From assembly GCA_002633005.1 (NCBI GenBank), contig NMRA01000698.1, forward strand, positions 1-64,000: a DNA stretch of 64,000 bases. The letters run 5' to 3'. The notes below the pieces were generated by a model. The model ran no database searches. It saw only the letters and a list, made by a program, of their open reading frames with translations, and was not told the origin of the DNA. The position numbers and the translations under genes were made by a program. Shown here piece by piece: positions 54,501-64,000 of this stretch (position 1 is the first letter of the stretch; every line of letters starts with the position of its first letter). The stretch comes from Phoronis australis (Eukaryota; Animalia; Phoronida).

Positions 54501-57500
54501 TTTCACCGAGAAAAATAGACTACTTGCTAAATGTATATACTTCACAAAATTATTACCTCCAAAGAGACTGCCGTCCTGTAAAGTTGCCAGAAGCGTACCG
54601 TCTGACTTAATACAGGCCACTTTTCCCGTCTCGATGAAGTACAAGTTGGATCCATTCTCCCCTTCACGTACAATGACATCGCCAGGCAAGAATATATCAA
54701 AGTCCATATTCTCGCACACTTCAAGAATAAACTCTCGAGGAGCATTGGCAAATAAGGCAGACTTACAAACGAGATCTCGACAGATGAGATGCATAATCTC
54801 TCGCTTAATATTTGGATTAATATTTCCGAGCAACTCATGGGTGTCGAAATACTTTAAGTTGTACTTGATCGCAAAGTACTCTTCTACTTTGTTTCGAAAC
54901 TGTTTTGGCAGACGATGGAGCTTCATGAATTCGAGGGTTTCCTCGACCTTCTCGTCATACTTGTTGCTCGATGTGTCGGACAACATCACGAGGTGGTTGA
55001 GATTGGCGATAAACAGCGCGTAGCAAATATTACCAATCCACACGCTGACCATGACCGAGGCAATGTCCGTCAACGTGCCGGGGGTGTACTGTCCATAACC
55101 AATGCCCAGCATGTGAGAAATGGTCCTGAACAGACCCCGAAAGTAAATGACGAGGGCTTCTTCGTTAACCAGACCTTCTTGAGCAACCCAGCTGTCTTTG
55201 AAACCAGCCACGTTAGCGACTAGATACTGCAAACATGCGTTCCAGTGTTGCAGCAGGATAAGGACGACCACGACCACAATGAATCGACGAATGGTGGCAC
55301 GCAAAGATATCAGATTGCCTACTTTGAACCTGTAGCGATAGAGGCGGGCGAGACGGATGACACGCAAGAACACGAAATACGGTGTATACTGCTTAACATC
55401 ACCCACGCTATCCATTAACAGGTCCATGGGTAGGGACCCAGGTAAAGTACAAACTACGTCTAAGACGAAGAAAGTCTTTAAGTAGCGCTTAGCCACCACA
55501 CACGAGTCCAGCACAACTGACGTTTTGATGATGTCCTCAATATAACCACTTCTGAAGTTGACCAGAATGTCCATTACAAGCAATAAGTCTCCTACGTGGT
55601 TTATTGTTGACCAAAGTCCCCCGGACTCCATTTTCCTAATACTATCGAAGCTCCACGTTATCGGGGTACTGACAGCTAGGAGAAGAAAAAGCAGGACCAT
55701 CAAAACGTCCCAGAACATTCGACATATGCTGTAAGGATGAATGACATAGCGATCCCAAAACGGGAGCGCCTTCTGACGCTCTCTTTCGGCTATTATGGAC
55801 TGGTGGCTCTTAAACATCTTGCGACAAGCGGAGTTCCCCGTGAACGAAATCTGCAAGAAAACAGACCATGGAACGATATCACTGAAAACCCTTTTTGCTC
55901 AAGGTTATGTTCGACCCTAGAACAATGACTTAATGTGCTTTGTGAATTTTATGAAAGTTGCATAAAACGAAAAGGAAATGATAACTTGGAAACTGTAACA
56001 GCGTTTGTGAGATTTCATCTTGAACATTTATGTTGTCCTGTTGTTTGTTGTGAATGTGCCTTTCTTGTTTGTTGGATCTCCAAGCAAGATCACGTGACCT
56101 AATTAGTGGAAGATTTACATAATAGTCAAAAAGCAAATTCTAAGGAATTTTTACGTTTAGAAAATAATATACTTTTGCCGAGTTAAGTTTAAGAGCACTG
56201 TAGATAATTGGCTAAGTGTACAGACTTGTCGATAAGGTCTTACATACCGTTAATGGGATTAGAAAAATTTCTGATACCAGTAACATCATGGCGGAGTGAT
56301 TTAATGTTGCTTAAACCGACAGACTACAATATGTGCTTACTTAAAGAATAGCTTATTTCTTAATTAACACAATATGCTATTAGTACACCATGTCTGCACA
56401 ACGTGTAACCATTTTTGGTCTTTATCGGCAAGATAGTCTACAGAGGTTTCATACATTTATGTTGAAATTGATACAGTTACCTACTTTTACATTTACATGT
56501 ATGGTGGTAATATTGAAAGTGATGTTGCATTCCCCTACGCGTATTTAAAGCTAGGTCTAAATGTAAATATGTATATTAATGAACATTAAAAACTAAAGGC
56601 CATTGTTTTGGTTCGTGTGTGTTTTGAGATGCAACCTTTTTATTTTATGCTTCAGCGAGTTGGCGTTCCTAATCACATTCATATACTCTGGGATCGAATG
56701 AAGTTCGTTGGTTCAACGGGAATAGACCCGGTCACAAACTTGGCTTATTCGAATTTGGAATTGGCGGCGTGAGCTTGGCATACGATAAGCGACGCCTAGG
56801 AGAAAAGGAGAATTTTTCCGTAAATAATAATGAGAACCAATACAATCATCCACGCGGATGGCCCTTCCAAAAGTGCTAGTCTAGATGACAAAAAAGGTGT
56901 GTGGTTTTTCTTTAAATTTTAAGTACAGGGGCGGATCCAGGATTTTGAGTTGGGAGGGCAGGGTAGAATATCAGTCAGGATTTTGCTCGTCAGACACTCG
57001 CAGCCTCAAACTGCCAAATGGAACCTGGAAGAATTTGTTTTTGGGGCATGGCCCCTTTATAAGTTGTATGTCACTACCTACAAAGCACTAAGTCCTACTA
57101 GTTTCACTGCCAATTCCTTTCTGACAAAATGTTTATTCTGACAGACGGCTCAATGATACTCAGGTTCGAGTTATTTTTAATTGAATATGTGGAGACATAT
57201 TTTCAAGAAATTGCAACAGCTTTTTGTGCGATTGCTTTTGTGTTGATTTCAAGATAAATATGTTGTTATTTTCTAGATCTATGAATCCTCAACGTGAAAT
57301 CAAAGGCATTCTTAATAAAAATCCGTATTTTAAAACGTTTCGTTGAGCATACATAAACTCTTTAAAAATATGCCAATGAAAGTTTGAAACATCATTCCTC
57401 CTAATAGCCGAACATTTCCGAACTAACATATGAGGTCAGAGAAAATTGCACCGCTTGTCGTGCGTTTTTTAAAGTGGTGCGATAATGCCTTCTTTTAGTT

Positions 57501-58080
57501 GTCCATCGTTTCAAAGTGAAAGTCACCTGATGTTAGCTTACGATTTCTTCCTTTACAACCAGCGCCACCAGACGCCAGCTGAGAGGCATTGGTTTCAAAA
57601 TGAGCAGGCTGCAGACCAGAAACAATGGCCTTATAAAAAACCTATGTTTTTAGAGAAATGTTGCAACTAATGTACCGCAGACAAGAGTTATACTTTGCGA
57701 ATGCGTATACCCGGCAAAAACAAGAGCTGCATTTCTCGGGTTCGTTTTACTGAACAGAAAACAAAGTTCTTTTGATAATACCCAATTTCGAGTACGGCCG
57801 CTAGGTGCTACTTTGGCGGCAACGTTACAATTTGTTAGTAATTCAAAACTTGACTTAGGCCTACCATGATGAGGTTTTCGACACACGCCTTGAAATTATC
57901 ACGTATCGTCTCAGATATTGAGCGACTTGTTACCACTGGTTCCTCTACGTCATCATGCTTCTTGTGTGATAAGTCTGCTGGCAAGGCCTCCTTTAAATTT
58001 ACTGGTGAAGCCTCCCCGGGATAGTCAACAACAATTTCTGGTACTGATAGAGACTTGTGTTTTGAGTCTGAATGGTCCAT
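51561..58080 (-). CDS. Divergent HCN-family (hyperpolarization-activated cyclic-nucleotide-gated-like) channel, about 582 aa. 4 exons: 58080-57865, 55850-54557, 53662-53568, 51704-51561
   Basis: HCN-domain-like segment NSACRKMFKSHQSIIAERERQK...YVIHPYS..RMFWD. S2/S3 region DILVNFRSG and KRYLKTFFVLD. S4 LRVIRLARLYRY. S5 HWNACLQYLV. Pore FRTISHMLGIGYG. C-linker DTSSNKYDEK...FMKLHRLP...LFANA. CNBD FLPGDVIVREG..LYFIETGKV..LQDGSLFG/EISVL...YYLSCKAFKQ/IISEYP. Splice phases 0, 1 and 0 are consistent (1749 nt). Exon 1 is the least certain. Confidence 0.88.
52135..52646. mobile_element. Inverted-repeat (MITE-like) relic in the last intron of the HCN-like gene
   Basis: gtgttttgctggctgaaaacgataatagaattgggcctttt (about 52150-52190) matches the reverse complement of 52596-52637 (gtgtttagctggttcaaaacaataatcaaattctggctttt). 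Confidence 0.5.
56926..56960 (+). mobile_element. End of a CAGGGGCGGATCCAGG-type non-autonomous DNA element; partner end not clearly found
   Basis: caggggcggatccaggattttgagttgggaggg. A more degenerate relative appears at about 17032-17160. Confidence 0.4.
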
Positions 58081-58768
58081 AATTTGTACCAGTAGCAGAC
58101 GTGAAACAACTCGGAAAACTAACTGTATAGTTGATTCCTTTCCTTGTGTTTGAGATCAGAGATTGTATTACGTAAACGTGACTGCGTCTTTTACTGCTTG
58201 AAAAGTGTGTCACGTCATTCATTATTTGTCACAGAGGGCTCCAAGTTGCATAAAGCAAGGAGTGTAGTACAATTGCATTACACTCCTTGCTTAAAGTAGT
58301 ACTAATGGTATGATCAAGCTCTCACGGGCAAAACGACTCGCTGATGACCGTCCTTGCTCCAAAACCGATTTGTTACTCAATAGGCACTTTTATTGGTTGT
58401 ATAGTCATGCTTGACTGAAGTTAAGCAAAATGAATGTCTGAGTATGTTTGTATGTATGAAAATATGAATGTAATCGAGAACTTTTTTGCCATTTTATTTA
58501 ATATCTTATATTGTTATGGCCAAAATATTTCTTATTCAGGGGTGAACAACTTTTCACTCGAAACCGACCACGTATACCTCCAACAAACGCTGCCAGGCCA
58601 CTATCACCATAGCTGCTGTGGCTAGTTAGCTACGGACGCTTCCATACATATGGCGCAAAATTAATGGTAGTGGGGAAATCTATCTCATGTAGTTTGACTG
58701 CCAGAGAGATTTTAGTGTCCAGTGGTGACGTCATGGGTTAAGAATAAGAAAATGTCTTGGATTGTTGA

Positions 58769-58819
58769 CGAGGTCACGTTTCCGTTTAGTCACGCGAGGT
58801 CACGTTTCCGTTTAGTCAC
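58769..58819. repeat. 26-bp direct tandem duplication
   Basis: cgaggtcacgtttccgtttagtcac(g) occurs twice. Confidence 0.85.
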
Positions 58820-61819
58820 ATGCAATGTCACCGACATATGCTGCACTAGGTTACATGTTTTTCATAAAATCCAATGAAATTACAAATTATTTGTCTATCG
58901 TTACTTAACTTACTTTGAGCATGGAAGTCTACTCCAATCCTCCAATTCTGTACAGCTTTGATCAAGTTTAATCGGTTCTCTAGACCTCGATGTCCTTAGT
59001 CGCTAAGCCTTTGCAAGTGCATTATATCGAGAATTTTGAACATTGCTGTGTTTAATTAAAAACTTGTTGTCTCTAATAAATGCAGTTTTGAAGTGTGCGA
59101 TTTGAAAACTGCACCCGGCCGTCATGGTGCGGTAGTTTTTCTTGAAGCAAAGTTCCAGCACGTCTCGTGTCACATAGATGACTAAAGTTGCTTGCATTAA
59201 TACGAGACACACCTAATTTTTCAACACTAAATGGGATTCCCGATTGGGTCGTCTGACAATAATTTAAACTAATTAGTTAATGCCAGAAGAAATGTCACGT
59301 TTGTGTTCACCAACAATATACATGTATTTAACTTGTCCAAAAGACAAATCCTTTAGCTCATTTTATACTTTAAGCTTATTGGCACATACCCCTTATGTAC
59401 CGGTAATACTTTTCTCCAACCTTGAATTTCCTTGATACCCTAACCATTGTTCGTTAAAAAAGATGTCAGAAGAAATGTTGTGAAAAATTTTGCAGAAGCT
59501 CGCAGGCGGGAGAAATCACCTTTTTCAACACTGAAATACAAGCTCGAAAGACCTTGCCATCTTGCTGCCTTGGAAATGATTGCTCTCCAAGGATAAGATT
59601 GTTAGTCGGCAATAATTCAACCTTGCTATGAGTCGTGGAAAAGTAGGTCTACACCAGCAATACTAACCTTGCCGAAAACCCTTATTTTATATTGATCTCA
59701 TTAAAATCTTTTCATGCACTATTCTTAGCGGACGTGTACTGTAAATTGCTTTCAAACACACTGAACTGTAATAAAATTATCAAACTAGCTAAAAGTTTCT
59801 TTTTCGAAACTTGGAATTTAAATTGTTGCAACGAACTATTTGAACTGCTCAAGCCAAATGCGCCCCTTCACCTTTAGTTTGAAAACCACTCCACGGTCGA
59901 CACGCCTGCTGGCTGCCGGCGCGCGCTCGGATTTTCAACTAGAAGTCGTTGAATATGAAGCCATTTGAAACGATGGAAGATCGAAAGAATGGTATCTCTG
60001 TAAATCAGGTTAAAATTTGGACTTCGTTGATCAAGCGCTTCCCTCTGGTGGTACCACAGATCGTCCCACTTGCTGTGGATTCCGACGTGCTATCACTCAT
60101 GCAGTCACCATTCCGGGTGGTGTTAGGCTACAATAATAAAGCTGAAATAGTCGCCAAGCTGAAAGTAGGCAATAGGCTAAACACCGAGTTGGCGATACAG
60201 TACATGTTATGCCATACGTCATGGCAGGGAATGTACTTATTAAAGTGTTTTTCAAGGACTTTGGCAGGTTCGTCCTCAGGAAGTTGAGAGATTTGTTATC
60301 ACGTTTACCGTTAGGTTTTTTAGGAAACGTCAGGGAGCACACGTTACACGGGACGAAACTGGTCGGTTATTACACGTGTTTAAGCACACTGACCTAAAGC
60401 GTCATAATTGCTTGTCAAAATTCACTTCTTGATTTAAAAAATTGTTGCTATAAACATGCATTCCGGCAAAGAAACGGGTTTTTGGTTTTGACCATCCGCC
60501 CAAGAACTGGTCTGAGAAAATGTTATAATCCAAGCAGCCGACTGGGGGGTGAGCTGGTCATGTCCATACCTGTACGTATTTTTCAGGAAAAAAGGATGAG
60601 TCGTCAATACATCTAAATATGGTAAATAGGTTTACATTATTTGTTGTTGGCGAATGTCGCTCACTGATGTTACTTTATATGAAATATTGGTTGAGTTCTG
60701 TTCTTTAACCCAGTCTGTGTTGCGGTTCACTTACATGTAGCCTATCTCAGTTTTTTTTCTGCTGATGTATTTTATGCATTATAAATCAAAAAATTTTTTG
60801 CTCCATTTGTTCTTTGTTAATCTTTGTTGTCCCCAGGTGATGTAAATAAATATTTCCTGTTTTACCAATTTGATTCTCTTATCTAGAAACTGATCAATTT
60901 ACATGTATGGTCTACGTTTATATTTTATCAAGGCTCGTGAATGCGGTTGTTACTAATGGTCGAAGACATGTTACTGCTAAATGGACGCTGCATTTTTTGC
61001 AAGAGCGAATTGTTGCTACCGACGTAAGCTTGATTTTAAAGCGCTCGCGTTGAACGCCCACCTTCACAAACCACCTGAATGAGATGCTTATCAATAAAAA
61101 ATTAAGGTTCGATCGTCTTAGCCACGATCAAGCCTTTTGTAAAATACAAGTATAGGCAATGAACAGTCGAGAACCAAAAACGGGACTGAAAAAGTGTGAC
61201 AAGGATTTAAAAGCTAAGCATCTGGGCATTTCAGTTATATGGGAAAATTTCTGTTAGTGGCACAGTAAAAGAGGGTTATATTGCGTGGAAAATCGAAATA
61301 TGTATACTAAGTATCTTAATTCTCGAAGGATATATTTTCGAAAATGAAAAGCCTGTAGAATTTTTTCATATGTCACAGACATTTCAGTAAACACGACTTT
61401 CTCATTCCTAATCGCTGTGACAGCTTCTTTGCTGTATAGGGCGAACGATCCAGAGACTGTGCCTGTCCCTTATCATGATCATGACCATCTTCCGTGGTGT
61501 GCCTGAATCAGCATTCATTCACAGGTTGATTGAGTTTGTCCTGTAGAGCCTCGAGTCCAAAATCGCTGGTCTTCTTGCCGTGGGATGTAATATTCTTTGT
61601 TAGGACTCCTAGAGACGGTTTGTTATGTTCTGTTCCCCATACTTGTTTTCTCGACCTTGGTCATGGGTCGTACGCTAGGACGGGAGTAGCAGCGACCAAA
61701 TCAGTGGACTGGTCATCCATAGTCAGGGTGTCATCTTCTTTCGGACGTTTTATTGATTCCATCAAAGCGACCGGGGCCTGCTTAGCATCTTTCTTGTTAG
61801 TGGTCGTCGTCTTTTCATA

Positions 61820-61956
61820 TCAGTCGTTGAACCTCCACTGCCGGAATGCCATCTCCACGAAGATTGTTAGCCCCAAACGTTTCAGACTTTTCAGTTTCAT
61901 GATATGGTCTTTGTCAGCTACATCTTTGGGTGGGGCGAAGAATCCAGAAAATGTGC
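61820..61956 (-). CDS. Possible terminal coding exon of an unidentified gene (TFSGFFAPPKDVADKDHIMKLKSLKRLGLTIFVEMAFRQWRFND*)
   Basis: Candidate acceptor ATCACAG| at 61956, coding-like composition, and a minus-strand AATAAA about 65 nt past the stop. No family recognised and no upstream exon identified. Confidence 0.2.
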
Positions 61957-62280
61957 TGTGATATTCATAAAAATACACGTCTTTAATTGTATTTTCGGGG
62001 CTAAATTTGTTACAAGTACGTTCGTCAGAAAATTTCAGGATGCAATTACAGTGATAATGATGTGGTAAACTAAGCGTGCTCCAACTGCCTACTCGAAATT
62101 TGCAGATAAGTTTTTCTGGTAGACAGAAATGGACAAACATCTATTCAATACATTGGTTATACTAACTGCAGGACTTTGCATAGACATTTAGTTAAAATTA
62201 ACTCATTTCCCACAAAGTGAAAATTAGTGTTACTGATAAATGTAGTTTGTGTTACCCGCAGTGTAAACAAGAGACACTCG

Positions 62281-62464
62281 CATGCGCGCACCTAGCCTTC
62301 AATATGGGGGCTCGAATTCCTAACGTTGTAGACCTTTTTGGTAACAAAATAGCCGGCGGACTAAAAAAAANTTCTCGCAGGCGGACCTTCATTTTGCCCA
62401 CTTCGCCAAGGGGGGGGGGGGGGGGGGGGGCTCCTTCGAGCCCCCTCCCCTGGGTGCGCGCATG
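62281..62464. mobile_element. MITE with CATGCGCGCACC(T/C)AG terminal inverted repeats and a 5-bp TSD (ACTCG)
   Basis: Left end catgcgcgcacctag at 62281; right end ctgggtgcgcgcatg ending at 62464. actcg flanks both sides (62276-62280 and 62465-62469). It contains an internal poly-G and one N. Confidence 0.85.
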
Positions 62465-64000
62465 ACTCGAACACACTTTTGCAGTTGCGATGTTACTAGC
62501 TAAAGACTGAAGGCACATTTACATAGTTTCATAACAAATGGAGACGATGTTATCTGGAGCACATGTTGCATAGTGTTCAACAATCGCTGAGAATGAAAAA
62601 CGGTACAACCGGAATGAAAATCGAGATATCCGGATAAAAAGAAGGACATCTAGATTGATGCCAACACTCAAGAGTGAAATGCTCGCAAAAACGTCCCGAC
62701 TGCCTTTTTGTGGAATGGTAAATTAGGCCTACGGGTGCTGCAACACTGAATAAGGCAAAACGCCGCAACGGATCGGACGGCGTGTTTCGATTAGTCAGAC
62801 GTGGAATTGCCGCAAAAACCCGCGAAATGTCCTTTTCCACTACTTGGTCGACCCGGCGCGGCAAATGTAGCCCGGCCTGTAGCCTGAGAAATCCCAATAG
62901 TACATGTTATGTCAAGTAGGCCAGGTGTCATGGTTAGCGACATAGCGGGAAATTTGAACGTCATACAGTGGAACAGTACGCCGGCGTCTGAAGAGCAGAG
63001 TTGGCAAATGCAATGTAGCTTACACTATCAAAGTTGTCGTTTTTAATATTAGGCCTAATGATTTCACGCGTGTAGCATTGGTGCTTAGAAATCGAATTAA
63101 TACTTGAAAAATAAGCTATAGAAACAATAAAAAGTAATAAACATAAATACATGCACATACATACATACATTCACATACAATGTACTTATGCAAATGTACT
63201 AGAAGAGATAACTTTTTCGAAAGTTACGCAAAATTGGCGCTCAGTAGTAAACTTTTCATGTATAATTGCACCCCCAGAAACCAAATGTCACTTGTTCCCC
63301 GTAAAATGTTGTAACATGAATTTTAAACACCTCAAAAACGTTTCGTTGAAAAACTGCTACCATGTATTTTGATAGGTTGTCGCCAGTGGCTGTAAGACGC
63401 CTGCAAGATACGGGATAGCGGACTATTCCCGACATCCTCTGGCAACGGATTTGAACAGCAATATTTGCGAACCAGTGTGCGAGTTTGTTCGTTTTGTTTT
63501 ATTCCTTTTTTATTTTTGCATATTACACGACTTGAAAAAAATCAAGATTGCGACGACAAAATGACAAAATGCCGCAATTATGGGCACGCACCAAAGTTCA
63601 TAGAAAACGTACCCGGTACAAAGATTTTATAGTATCTTTGTCCGGTACGTTCCTGATCGTAGCCTCCTCGGCTGGTAGTGAACCGCACTATCACCAGGTG
63701 GCGTTTACATCCGTACGAAGACGAAGAGTACGAGTTAGTAAGGAACATTTCAGCTCAGTTTTTAACTTAAATTGTCATTAACATTATTATGACTAGGCCG
63801 TTATAAGTTACAGGTATGGATATTAAGATAATCTCGCATTTTAGCTGTCAGCATTGAGGTTATTCTGCAGTATGTAATTGAACTTGTCTGAGTGTGTAGA
63901 CAGTTTTCAATCTCAGATTTTGATCGTTGTGCTTGACTTGAGGGATTCGCTGCTTGGAAGCATCTAATTGTCGTGTGACTTCTCAGACTACACTCTGCTG

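Noticed and set aside
54369-54556. C-terminal extension of the 495-aa ORF (GNNFVKYIHL...)
   Set aside because: It is read-through into an intron. CNBD homology resumes in the exon at 53662 after the donor G|GTAATA.
35497-58080. A cAMP-themed gene cluster (PKA-regulated HSL next to an HCN channel)
   Set aside because: Adjacency in an animal genome is weak evidence, the genes are convergent, and the channel appears to lack the cAMP-binding Arg.
59880-60400. GC-richer patch with several overlapping 60-110 aa ORFs
   Set aside because: No recognisable motif or consistent splice structure in any frame I translated.

Overview
This is AT-rich animal (invertebrate-type) genomic DNA with spliceosomal GT-AG introns, so most entries in the six-frame ORF track are spurious. 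Four intron-containing genes can be reconstructed by hand with consistent splice phases. (1) The 5' part of an SLC22-family organic cation/anion transporter on the minus strand, running off the left edge. (2) A complete 12-coding-exon DCAF8 (WDR42A) gene on the minus strand, about 739 aa. (3) Head-to-head with DCAF8, a 10-exon hormone-sensitive lipase (LIPE/HSL) on the plus strand, about 857 aa; its 3' third is repeated across an N-gap, most likely as an uncollapsed second haplotype. (4) Tail-to-tail with LIPE, a strongly diverged 4-exon HCN-family channel on the minus strand, about 582 aa. The HCN-like channel is the most unusual item: it has a GIGYG filter, has lost the outer S4 charges and the QWE motif, and has Cys in place of the cAMP-binding Arg. 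The two LIPE copies also reveal a presence/absence retroposed insertion with a 13-bp TSD and a VNTR length difference. The rest is intronic or intergenic DNA with MITE-like and foldback elements, a SINE relic, minisatellites and a few unexplained hairpins and decayed ORFs. I found no prokaryotic systems, rRNA, intact tRNA or CRISPR array. All homology calls come from motif recognition, not database searches.
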